A DNA stretch of 62,811 nt, counting the filler, from Diploschistes diacapsis (lineage: Eukaryota): assembly GCA_023645945.1 (NCBI GenBank). It is 20 parts of 20 records of this genome, joined end to end, with 100 filler letters (N's around TTAATTAATTAA, not from the genome) between each part and the next. Parts side by side here need not be neighbours in the genome. Positions count along the whole stretch, not along the records: positions 16,411 to 40,442 come from JALAIB010000249.1; 19 more parts are not named here. One strand, written 5' to 3'. Below are positions 25,651-36,681 of the stretch, piece by piece. How positions within the stretch are numbered: position 1 is the stretch's first letter; the number at the start of each line of letters is the position of its first letter. Under the pieces are notes generated by a model. That model was not told the origin of the DNA, made no database searches, and worked only from the letters and a program-made list of their open reading frames with translations. A program made the translations under genes and the position numbers.

Positions 25651-26480
25651 AATCGATGTACAAAAGAACTTTAAGGAAAGGAGAGAATGGGAGACGAGAC
25701 AAGAAATGGAGGCGATTCGAGATCCCCAAATATACTTTAGATATACTAAATGAGTCACTTACCGATAAAGCTCACCACCCGTGTTGCTCGCTCAGTTTCT
25801 CATCAGTATTCGAGCTAAGAGAAGGCGGTGCGAGTTACGCAAAGCGGGGGTTCCATTGTCGAACCGAATCGTTAACTACAATGCAAAGGAATACTATCAT
25901 CTGCTGGATTTCAAGGCTAGATATTTGCTTGGAGGCAGGTGGGTAGCTGGTGGACGTGCTACACCTACAATGCTGTGAGGCATTGTATGAACATGGGATG
26001 AATCGCTAGACAAAATTTTCGAAAACTGGCCGTACCCCTTAGCGCGAACAGTCATGGCCGTACGATGTCGAACCTGAACCAATTTTTAGCATGTTAACAA
26101 CAGTAAAGCTCCACTCGTAGTTTGAGTCATATAAAAGACCAGGGGAGCATCATTGCATCTTCTTTCCTTCTCCTCTTTCCGGTTGTTACATCTCTGCAAG
26201 TCCTTCCAACGGCCGAGGGCTTAATGTTGCGATCGAGGCTAAGTAAGTGGTAAATATGGCGGAGCGTCTGATGCGATGAAGGAAGGTGATAGGGGGCTCA
26301 ACATTGACTTAAACTTGCATATGACCTTGAGAAGCTAGTTCTATTCGGCAATACAAGTCGAACAATATTGAAAGCTCGTCTAAAACCCAGATTACCCAAC
26401 GGCCCAAGTTGCGGATAGGATATGCCCTTTGAGGACGCTCCCTGTTGCAGCAAGTAAAACACTTCAGCTCGCTTCTCCGC

Positions 26481-27614
26481 TCATGGCACGATGAGCGTCA
26501 TTTGGCCGGGCAGCACCTTCTGTGCCGCCATATCAAAGGCCTCTTTCCATTGCTCCAGTCCGAATCTACCAGTAACCTCGTTTCCGCCCTTTCCGCCCAG
26601 CTTCAAGAGGCCACTGTGAATCAACCGCATAAAGCCTGGAATGTCTCCCCTCTCATACATCCACTTTCCCTTCAGTTGTAGATTCCTATGCATCACTACT
26701 CGGGACGGTATTGCTAGGTCCCCAAGTAGGCCACCCATGAAGCTGATGCGACCACCACGACGCAGCGAACTGATGCACGCCTTGAAATGCGAAGAGTTCT
26801 GGGCCATTGGTGGTGAGATATCGAAATGGGCATCAATGGGCCCCAAAGCCTCTAGGGTTTGAAGTTCCTCCTTCCAGTCACCCGTCATCTTCACAGTCTT
26901 TATGCGGGTCGGATCCAACGCCTTTACGCGTTTGAGAGCTTCTTCGTTGCGGCCCATAGCAATGACCCTGCCCGCACCCATAGCTAGCGCAACCTGGACA
27001 GCTGACCCGCCAAAGCCGCCAGTCGCGGGGGTAATAACGATAGTTTCGCCGGCCTTCAAGTCGATGTCGATCAAGCCGCCATAGGTGATCAAAGGTGATT
27101 GCAGGTAGGTTAGGTCTTCCATCTTATAGCCCAGGCCCCCATCCTCAGGCTATCCAAGTAGCCGCTGCTCCTCCAAAGGAATGCAACTTTCCATGGGGGC
27201 GCGGCAGTATTCCGCAAAGGTACCATCACGCCATTCGTGCTCCATCAGCTTCTGCGCTGCAGGTGTGTCGCCAGGGTAGAAGCCCCAGAGACACCGCTCA
27301 TCCGGATTATCCCGGCCCGCAACAAAGCAATCAACGTATACAAGCTGGCCTGGCTTGAGTGTCGTGGCATCTTGACCAACAGCGACGACGCGTGCAACGC
27401 CGAAGCCTCCCGGTACCAGAGGGGTTGGGAAAGGATATGGTCGCTTGCCCGAGAAAACCTCGCTGGCGTAGGAGACGACTTGTACGCTGAGAACACGGAG
27501 TATGGCACTGCCGGAAGTAATTTGTGGGAGGTCTCGCGATTCTACGGTCAAAGGTTTGTCCCGAGACGTAAGGACAAGGGCGCGGTGTGTCTTAGGAAGA
27601 GTTTCAGAGGCCAT
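26481..27614 (-). pseudogene. MDR-superfamily (GroES-like + NAD(P)-binding) alcohol dehydrogenase-like gene, 377 codons, with one in-frame TAG at 27150-27152
   Basis: ORFs 27150-27614 and 26481-27122 are in the same frame, joined by RLLG*PEDGGLGYKMEDL. Motifs PLVPG, DGTFAEY, PATGGFG and GKWMY are present. There is no plausible intron across the stop. Confidence 0.85.
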
Positions 27615-28194
27615 GGTGACTGAGCAGGCACGCCATCCAGCACGGTGTACAGATATCGGACCAAGAGACCTCTCGATTTCCAATCCTCTGATCACCCCTG
27701 GATCCCAAGCGCAGACGGAAGTAACCATGGGGATATGAAATCTCCATCACTCATTCATAAAACCCGCTATCACCGACAGCATGCAGCATCAGGAAAATGA
27801 GGTGGTTGAATCTCATGAAGTCGGCTTAAAGTTTGATGATCGGTCTAATTATCTTCCGATCAACCGGATCCGAGACAAATCAGCGCCCAAATCAGCGCCC
27901 ATGTTTGGAGGATTAAAGACATGGATATGGATCAATGGCCATTGGTTATTGATCAATCAAACCAAGCTACAACAGTTCCGAAAAGGGAAAGTTGTTCAAT
28001 TGAGGTAAACTTAAAACCCAGCGCGTTCATTGCGCGTATCGCTAAGCTAGCAGTCGCGAATAACTTGAAGCTCACGTCCGCCACACACACCCGCGGGTAT
28101 TCCTCGGTCATTTCAGCCGTCCTGAGCAGTCCGGCTACCATCTTCCGCGACTCTCAAAAACACAGATCGCACCGTGCTGTTTAAATCACACACA

Positions 28195-29359
28195 ATGGTC
28201 AAAGCAGAGTCGTCCAAGGCCGCCTCCAATGGCATTACTGCCAACAATGCTGGTGCTGGTACAGTATATGAATTGCCATGGTGAGTGGACTCGCATGCCT
28301 CCGCACTACCAAGACGTCACTATAGCAAACTCTACTTGGATAAATTTGCAGAGAAAAGATAGAAGAGTCTTACTAAAATTATTGCTTGGCAGGGTCGAGA
28401 AGTACCGGCCCATATACCTCAACGACATCGTGGGTAACACGGAGACCATCGAGCGTCTCAAGATCATCGCCAAAGACGGAAACATGCCGCATATGATAAT
28501 CTCCGGCACACCGGGCATTGGCAAAACAACCTCCATCCTCTGTCTCGCGCGGCAGCTGCTCGGGGACGCCTACAAGGAAGCCGTGCTGGAGCTCAACGCC
28601 AGCGACGAGCGCGGCATCGACGTTGTTCGGAACCGCATCAAGGGCTTTGCGCAGAAGAAGGTCACCTTGCCTCAGGGCCGCCACAAGCTCATCATACTTG
28701 ACGAAGCGGACAGCATGACCGGCGGGGCACAGCAGGCGCTCAGACGAACGATGGAAATCCATTCGAACACGACTCGCTTCGCGTTTGCCTGCAACCAAAG
28801 CAACAAGATCATCGAGCCTCTGCAATCGCGCTGTGCCATCCTGCGCTATGCCCGTCTCACAGATGCCCAGATCGTGGTCCGGCTGCACCAGATCTGCGAG
28901 GCCGAGAAGGTCGAATACTCCGACGAAGGCATCGCCGCGCTCTGCTTCAGCGCCGAGGGCGACATGCGACAGGCCATCAACAACCTGCAGAGCACCTGGT
29001 CAGGCTTCGGCTTTGTTGGGGGCGAGGAGGTCTTCAGGGTCGTCGACAGCCCGCATCCGGTCAAGGTTCAGAGCATGCTGAAAGCGTGCTGGGAGATGAA
29101 GGTTGACGCGGCACTTGAGATTCTTTACGAGCTGTGGGACTTGGGGTACAGCAGCCACGACATCATCAGCACGATGTTCAGGGTCACGAAAACTATGCCG
29201 GGTCTCAGTGAGCATGCGCGATTGGAGTTCATCAAGGAGATAGGGTTCGTGCACATGAGGATCCTGGAAGGCGTGCAGACGCTACTGCAGCTGAGTGGGG
29301 GCGTGGCGAAGCTCTGCAGGGTCAATATGAAGCCCGAGCTCTTCGATGCGCCACCATGA
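28195..29359 (+). CDS. RFC4: Replication factor C small subunit Rfc4 (human RFC2 orthologue), 350 aa, exons 28195-28280 and 28393-29359
   Basis: Splicing restores YELPWVEKYRP. Walker [25 protein letters not shown], Walker B LDEAD and SRC motif are present. The ORF-track start at 28229 reads through the intron. Confidence 0.95.
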
Positions 29360-30503
29360 TGAATGCTGGATCGAGAGAGACGAAGCACTCGGAAAACTTT
29401 ACTGAGTCCCTGTGGAATCGTCACAAAGACCGATTGGCGCACCTCGTATGTATTGGGGGTATGCCCCGACAAAGGCTCACGAGCGAAACATCAAAAGCGC
29501 GGAGTGCAGCTATCGTACTTCTTACGAGCTCCTCAGATGCCGATCCCAATCCAGAGCCACGACCCATATGACAACACTTGTGGAGCTACATGTCGCCCCC
29601 CTTCGCAGAGGCCAAAGCACGAGGAAAGACTATGAACTTGTCGGCCGAAACGAATACAGACGAAACCGATAAGCGTTTTTTGAAACCCTGCACACAGGCC
29701 TACGCAAGTACTGTCCCCGAACCAAATCCCAGCTCGGGCAAGAGCAAAGCAGAGTCTAGCCCACTGGTTTCAATGAAAGCTCTTGATCTCCAACTGTTAC
29801 TAATGCCTCGATACATCCCAACACCTCATCCAAGTAAAAACTAACTAGTGTTGACTTCAGTCCAGCTTTTTTTTCTTCTAGGAAGTTGTGTGATCTCCTA
29901 CGAGTAATAGCAGGCAGACGCAGAGGATGCCTCAATTCCATCCAAGCCCCCCCCCCCAAAAAAAAAGAAAAACGAAAGTTGCACACAACAAACGAGCTGC
30001 CTTCCCCCCCCTTTTCCTTCGCCGAATCGGTCTCGTTCTCCCCAGAATACCCCGTAGCTCGTATTACTTTCCAAGTTGCTTCCTTCACGGAGGTTCCGCC
30101 ACTAGCGGCAAGGGGAATTGTGGCGGCAGCAAGCAACACGCACTGCAAGGCAACAGATGGATAAACATTCCCATTTCCGAAACACCGAACACACCGATGT
30201 CCCACTGGTTCTTATCTCATAACGGGAGGCGTACAACCCCAACTATCACCGCGGCGCAAACCAAAACCCCAACTTTGCCCATTTCCGCTTGCCCTTCCAG
30301 ACACCTCCCCGCAACCTATCAACTCCGTATACTATACTCCCCCACAACCGCCGCAACTCCGTTGGAGCTCCCCCCCCCCAAAAAAAAAACAACAAGAACA
30401 AGATCGAAAAGAACTCCACAAAAAACGGCCCCCAAACGTCCAACCCCCCTTGTTGAAAGCAAGAATCTCCTCCTCCTCCTCCTCCTCGAACGCGCGCCGG
30501 TCA

Positions 30504-32834
30504 TCAACGCCGTCGCTGGAGCAGGATGCTGTTCGCGAAGGGGTCTTCGTCGCCGGCTTCAGCCGCTACGCTCTGCAGCCTACCCGAGTCAGTGGCGGCG
30601 GCAGCAGCAGCGGTCGTCGTGCTCTCGGCCGCAATCCCGGTGACGGTCTTGGTCACAGTCTCGGTCACGGTGCTGGTCTCGCCTCCATCTCTGCCGCTGC
30701 CGCTTCCCTCCGCGGGCGGCAGAAGCGCCCGGCCATACACCGCACCCTTCTCGTCGTAGAACTTGGGCTCCCCGTCCGGCGGCGCGCCGGCCTCCCAGGG
30801 GATGCCCTTGGCCTGCTGGTTGGGCATGGAGATGGCGGCGACGGCGCCGGGGCGGGCGACGAAGACGACGAACTTCTTCTCGATCTCGCTCAGGCGCTTC
30901 CAGCGCTCGTCGACGAAGACGGCGACGTCCTTGGCGAAGAGCTTGGCGTGCACCGTGTCCCAGTCGCCGTTGGCCTGGATGTTGGTCAGCTCGTGGTTGA
31001 CGAAGCGCGACCAGGTCATCTGCGCGTCGAGCGCCTTGGCCGCCTCGTAGTCCTCGGCCTGGTCCTTGGCGATCCGCAGCATCTCGTTCTCGTAGCTGTA
31101 GCGCCCCACGAAGCGCTGCGGGAGCCCGCCGAAGATGGGCGGCGCGTGGAGGACGACGGGCCGGGATTCGGCGGCGGGGTCGGCGCGTTTGGCGAGGGCG
31201 TGGGGAGCGGCTGGGTTGGTGGTGGTGGAGGTGGAGGTGGAGGTCATGGGAGTGACGAGGATTTTCAGGGCGTGCAGGCGGTCCTGGAGCTGCTCGTCGC
31301 TCGCGGCTTTGACGTTGGTCTTGAAGGCGTCGAGGCTCGCCTGCAGCTTCGCGGTGGAGTTTAGCTTCGCGCCTATCGTCGCCTCGTAGCGGGCTCGCAT
31401 CTCCTCGATCGACATCGCAGCTGCTAGCTCCCGGAAGGCGCTCGGGTCGTTGAGGGCCATGAGGTCGCGCCTGCGGAGGAAGGTGAGATGCGGGTGCCAT
31501 TCTTCGGCGAGCTCGGCGACCTCGTCCTGGTGCGCCTTGCTCAGCGATTCTGGCGAGTACGGGGAGTCCTTATTGGGGTTCTGTGCCGCCCTCGCCTGGA
31601 TGCGCTCAGCCGCTTGCCCCGCCACGTCCCGCGATGCTTCGTCGGCAACATTGGTCGGCTCGTTCGTGTCGTGTTCGGCGACAGCGAGCTTGGTCCAGTG
31701 ATAGCCTTTGCCGGGCTCGACGCAGTTGCCGTTGATGTCGTAGGGGACGGTGCCGGGGATGTATTCGCAGCGGGTGCGCTGGTCCTGTGGGCCGTGAGAG
31801 GCGTCCTCGTACTTTGCTGCCTGTGGACCACTGTTGAGCATGTGCTCTGCAAGGAGCCTCTCGGGCTCCTCCTCGGTCCGTGACGCGGTCGTGTTGGATG
31901 AACCGTTGCTCTTCAGTTCCGCCGCCTGCTCGAGCCTGACCCAGTCGGGAAACCGCATTGTCGCGGATCCGTGAGCACCCTTTTCGTCCCGACGCTGCAG
32001 CTCCCCGTCCGCCGTCTCGGGCTCGGATTCTTCGCGCCCGTGCAGGTGCCCATCGCCCATTCCGAGACCAAACGCTGGGCCCTTGGGGTGCCACAGCCTC
32101 TTGGACGAAACAGTCGTTGGCGTTTCTCCTCGGTCGTCGGCGAGTTTGAAAGAGGAAGCCTTGTCATCGTCCTTGTACACTAGCGGGAGGAGCTGAGCCG
32201 TACCGAGCTTCTCGGCACACTGCAAGTCGCAACCGGACGGGAACAGCTTCTGGGCCTCGGCGTCCGTGAGATCCAGCGGCGCGGAGCCGTCACGCCGGAC
32301 GTGCTTGCCCGTGACGAGCGAGCCGGCCCTGTCGCGGTCGTAAGCGCTGACGCCCATGCCCACTGCTTTTTCGGTATGGCCCTCGAGCTGCGAGGTGGAG
32401 CCGCGTATGCGCTGGCCTTTCTCGATCGCTGCCTCCTCGGCCGGTTTCGGGTGCAGTATGCGCTCGTATGTGTTTTCTTTGACAGGCAGGTCTTGTAGCG
32501 GCAGAACGTCTTTTAGATAAGGCACATCGTCGATAGGGCGCTTCCGCGGCACGAGACGGGGGTACGGCTCTGAGGATAGGTTCTGGGGGAGAATATCGGT
32601 GAGGTTAATGGGAGGGATGTAGGATACCGAGCGCCTGAGGAGCATCCATGGCCAGCGGTGCCGCGGCTTTCTCGAGGCGTGTCCGGTGGAGTTGACGGCG
32701 GCTGTGAGGTTGGCTGAGGAGCTATCGCCGTTGCTGGTGTTGGAGGACGGCGTCCGCGACTCGACGCTGGCAGGAGCACATAGGGATAGGGATGAAAGCG
32801 AGATTAGGGCCAGGGAAATGCTGAGAAGCCGCAT
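30504..32834 (-). CDS. Large secreted hypothetical protein (~776 aa) with multiple dibasic sites
   Basis: Uninterrupted ORF with GC-rich codons. Signal peptide MRLLSISLALISLSSLSLCAP (an in-frame upstream start exists at 32873). Thr-rich C-terminal region and no recognised domain. Confidence 0.8.
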   Translation of the reverse strand: MRLLSISLALISLSSLSLCAPASVESRTPSSNTSNGDSSSANLTAAVNSTGHASRKPRHRWPWMLLRRSVSYIPPINLTDILPQNLSSEPYPRLVPRKRPIDDVPYLKDVLPLQDLPVKENTYERILHPKPAEEAAIEKGQRIRGSTSQLEGHTEKAVGMGVSAYDRDRAGSLVTGKHVRRDGSAPLDLTDAEAQKLFPSGCDLQCAEKLGTAQLLPLVYKDDDKASSFKLADDRGETPTTVSSKRLWHPKGPAFGLGMGDGHLHGREESEPETADGELQRRDEKGAHGSATMRFPDWVRLEQAAELKSNGSSNTTASRTEEEPERLLAEHMLNSGPQAAKYEDASHGPQDQRTRCEYIPGTVPYDINGNCVEPGKGYHWTKLAVAEHDTNEPTNVADEASRDVAGQAAERIQARAAQNPNKDSPYSPESLSKAHQDEVAELAEEWHPHLTFLRRRDLMALNDPSAFRELAAAMSIEEMRARYEATIGAKLNSTAKLQASLDAFKTNVKAASDEQLQDRLHALKILVTPMTSTSTSTTTNPAAPHALAKRADPAAESRPVVLHAPPIFGGLPQRFVGRYSYENEMLRIAKDQAEDYEAAKALDAQMTWSRFVNHELTNIQANGDWDTVHAKLFAKDVAVFVDERWKRLSEIEKKFVVFVARPGAVAAISMPNQQAKGIPWEAGAPPDGEPKFYDEKGAVYGRALLPPAEGSGSGRDGGETSTVTETVTKTVTGIAAESTTTAAAAAATDSGRLQSVAAEAGDEDPFANSILLQRRR

Positions 32835-33613
32835 GTTGGGCAGACTAGTTTGTGTGGTCCGCGAAGGATACAAGATAGGAATGTGAGTTGTAGGTGCGTG
32901 TGCGATAACAGTGAAACTTCTTCTCGTTCCAGGCCGACACGAAGAAAGTCAGAGGGGAGAAAAGGTTTAGGAAGGAGGGAAAGGACGAAGCGGCGAGGAA
33001 ATAAAAGCTTTGAAAAATATATATGCCCTCCAAATTCACGAAAAGGCTATTCGAATTTGGACCAAGCAACCAGCCGTGCGAAACAGCCTCTGCAAATTCA
33101 CGTCCAAAACCTATCCCAGATTCGGAAATGAAAATTTAATGAATGGGGTAAGGGTCTGGTGCAGGGGGCACAATGGGCTCTAAGCTTCTCTTCTTTTTCA
33201 GTCGACAGACCGTGGTAGGTTTGAGCATATACTGTGAGCCACGCGCCTGGAGAGAAGCGCATCGACCCACCTGGTACCTGGCTCTGAGGGAGCCACGTTG
33301 AGAAAGTATTGGATACGGGGAGTCCGTGGACAAAGATATGGCCCAGCTTGGGCAGCTCTAGGAACCGTTGATCCGACCTGGACATGGGGCTGGCAGGTCG
33401 CCAACCAGCGGGTCCAGGATGGTGCCATAATTGTTTGTAGAAGTCCGTGCTCGAACATAATGGCTGCCATTAGACTACCGCGGAGTTGGGGGGTAAAGTT
33501 GCAAGCAAGGGATCGGATCCACGTTGGAGATTGACAAGCAGGCTATGCCCTTCTTGATATCCAACCTTTACTTCCATATCCAACAAGAAAAAACGCGCTC
33601 AACCATGTTTCCA

Positions 33614-35075
33614 TTAAATCTCCGCAAGCTTGCCCGTACTCTCCGTGAGCACCCACAGATTCCTTTCAAACACCACAGCCCCCGCAAAGAGCAGTACATA
33701 ATACGCCACGCTCCACCCGATCCCCAGCTCCCCACCCACAACTTGTACGGTGCTCTCGGCTCGTCTGCTAGGGTGGTCACGATCTCTGGACGCGTCTACA
33801 CCAGCAGGAGGACCGATCGGCACACCCGCCTCCACCCTCCCCCACACCCGTGGTAGGCCCATCCAGTTACAGAATGCGTGCGCCAGGATCACGGCGAGAA
33901 GGTTGCCGGTGCGGACAAAGACGAAGTTGGCGTACCAGCCGAAGAGGGTGGTGTAAGCGAGTTGGAAGAGAGAGTTCAGCAGAGCATGGAGATAGGGAAC
34001 ACGGGGGTGGGTCAGCGTAAACTCGTAGAAGTGGTGGATGTGGGCGATGCCGAAGTAGAGCGGAGTGATGAACATTGTCTGTCTTGGAGTCAAGGGGGTT
34101 AGAAGGGAAAGTGGGGTGAGGAGGGAGCGGAAGAGGAATTCTTCGGTTATTGGGCCCTAAACACCCCAGAGTTAGGACGGGCTTGACAAGCAAAAAGCTC
34201 CTGGACGTAAGTATGGGACCAATACGTACTGCGACGAAATTGCGCCATCCAATCCAGCTGCTCAGCGTTTCGAGAAGCGGACGACCCGTCACCCAGGACC
34301 TCCAGGCCCCCTCGGCGATTGCTCCTTCAAAAAGGGGTCCGCTGAATAGGAGCATAGTCAGAAGGAGCGCTCGCAGGGTGTCGCCAAAGCCGATGGGAAA
34401 CCAGCCCAGGAGATGCAGCATCTCCGTGCTTGAGGGGTGAACATTCTCGCCAATAACATAGAGCGTCACTAAGGCGCAGAGGGCACAGGCAAGAACCACA
34501 GTGCGTATCCGTGCCTTGATGACTGCGTGACTGTCACGAAAGATGGTTGACGAAGGTCGGGTGGCTGTCGATAGGTAAAAGGGAAGGACGTAGAAGGCTG
34601 TAAAGGCTATCTGAGGACTGTCAGATTGGTGTCGAACATCCCACTACTGACACGTGATAGGCAAAAGATGGAAAGGGGTGATTTTGGGATTAAATTTAAC
34701 AGCGAGTGGCCAGGCTTCGAGAAGTGAATCTCAAACGCTGCGCTTCGAGAGAGCACCCAACTCTCGAACAGGCGCGATATTGGCAGGCGGCTCGTATCAC
34801 TCACCGAAAGGCAGACAACCAAGCCAACCGAAAGCGGTGGTGGAGCATTTTCTATGGACACTATTAGCTCGATAGACCAGCAGTTGCGCGATGTCCTCAA
34901 GCAATCATTAAACTCTGTGACAACACAGACCTGCATCGAGAGAGAGAGACGAGAGAGTATCAGGCAGCGTATAGATAAGAGGCTTGGCAAAAAAAATGGC
35001 GAGAGATTGGCACATACCCTCCTCCTCTTTGCTGTAATAGGATTTGAACTTCCGCAAGAAATCCAAAGGAGCCAT
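33614..35075 (-). CDS. RCE1: CAAX prenyl protease 2 (Rce1), 342 aa, exons 35075-35018, 34851-34805, 34610-34230, 34156-33614
   Basis: Motifs RNFVAGPITEEFLFR, FGIAHIHH, YTTLFG and HAFCNWMGLP, with N-terminal YVLPFYLS..RD..VIKARIR. Three GT-AG introns preserve the frame. Confidence 0.93.
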
Positions 35076-36681
35076 TAGACTCTTTCAGTAGCAAGGAGTA
35101 AGCGATGAAATGGATGGCAATGGTAACAGATGAAACACACAACACATGGCAAGAGAGGGACCACAGGCGGTTAGGGTTTGAGTGAGTGAGTGAGGCGTCA
35201 AGTCAAGTCACAACGAGGATCAACTGTCTTAAGAGTGAAAAGAAAGTAGAATTAGAGAATAGAGAAAACAGAAGTGAAAAGGGTCTAGCTCGAGGAATAT
35301 CATCGGGCCGCTTTACCATTTACCATCTCCCCCCATTTATCGGCCCGAATTACCTCCGTAGTGTGACTGAACTCTCTTCACTTTTTGTGTGGTATTACCT
35401 TTTTTGTACTTTGATTTGGATTACGATATTTACTCTCGATATCGGTGGTAATAGAATGATAAGTTCATCCCACAATGTGCGAGGAGAACGTCTACCACAC
35501 ACACACTCACCAACGGCTGCCGGCCGGTGCTCCTGCCGGGACTACTGCAGGGGTAAAATGTGACCTTTTTAAAGCTAGTACATAGTTATTTCCCAAGAAT
35601 TCGCTGTCCAACCAATTCAATTCTGTGGCACGCGCCTTAGATGAGAAACATATAAATAAATACATAAATGGCAATAATGGCCAATAATGACAAACACACA
35701 CACACCCCCCCAGCGCATCAGGCGACGATTGCACGCGCCCACTTTAATCGATAAGATCAATATAGCATCACACCACTCACTCGTTCAGTATTGTTGTCGA
35801 TAAGAGTCCATTATTAGATGCCATGGATTGATTCATACATAGCTCCTCAACTACTATCCTCTGTCCTTTTTTCTTTTCTTTTCTTTTCTTTTCTTTTCTT
35901 TCCTGTTTTCTTCTTCGCTTCTTCATTCTTCACCGCTCTCTGCAGGTTCCAGGGGGTTGCAAGCGTACTAGAGCAATCCCGCTCTAGCTCTGCAGTCTGT
36001 GATCCCTCCTCCTGTCATCCTCGCCTATTCCCTTCCCATTCCACGTGTGCTGTTGCTGGCCACCCAGCCACCCCATTTCCTATCGTCGAGCAGAAAACTG
36101 GACGAGCTAGTCGATAAGAGGCTGCGGCAGAGCGAGGGAGAGAGAGAAAAAGAGTCGCCCCGACTGGCTTCAAAGGGCCCCACAGGCACTCTTTCCCGCG
36201 CCGCCGTCTCAACTACCTGACTGGAACTGGATTTGACTGGACTTGGAACTTCTATCCAAAACCTCGTCGCCAGCTGCTTCCTTTCTGCCCTTTTTTTCTC
36301 TCCTTCACTCTTGTTCTTCACGATCGTTAATAGACTCCCACGCTCTTTACGCCTCTACGAATTTCTAATATCTAACCAGTCCACTCATTAGACCGACGCC
36401 TGTATCACTACTGACTTAGGTGAATCACCTACCACACTCGTTGACACCAGTCATTCGTACCACCACGACTTCAGAATCCGATTTACGTTTGTTCAGCGAT
36501 ATTCCAAATTTCTACGATTCATGTTTCAGATGAAAGACCAATTGAATCTTTTTTTCACGATATAGACATCAACAGCTTTTGCAGCCCTTCCTTTTCTGTC
36601 CTTCTACGCCTACTACGACTTATTGCGACGTTATGACTATGCCATTCCAACAGCAGCAGCAGCAGCAGTCCCTGTAACTAA

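Noticed and set aside
28229..28392. N-terminal extension of RFC4 in the ORF track
   Set aside because: It reads through the first intron. The real start is 28195, and splicing restores PWVEKYRP.
30450..31883. Long plus-strand ORFs (e.g. 304 aa) and alternative-frame ORFs overlapping the secreted protein; similar shadows over the protease, RFC4 and UBC7
   Set aside because: These are antisense or alternative-frame shadows caused by high GC3 codon bias.
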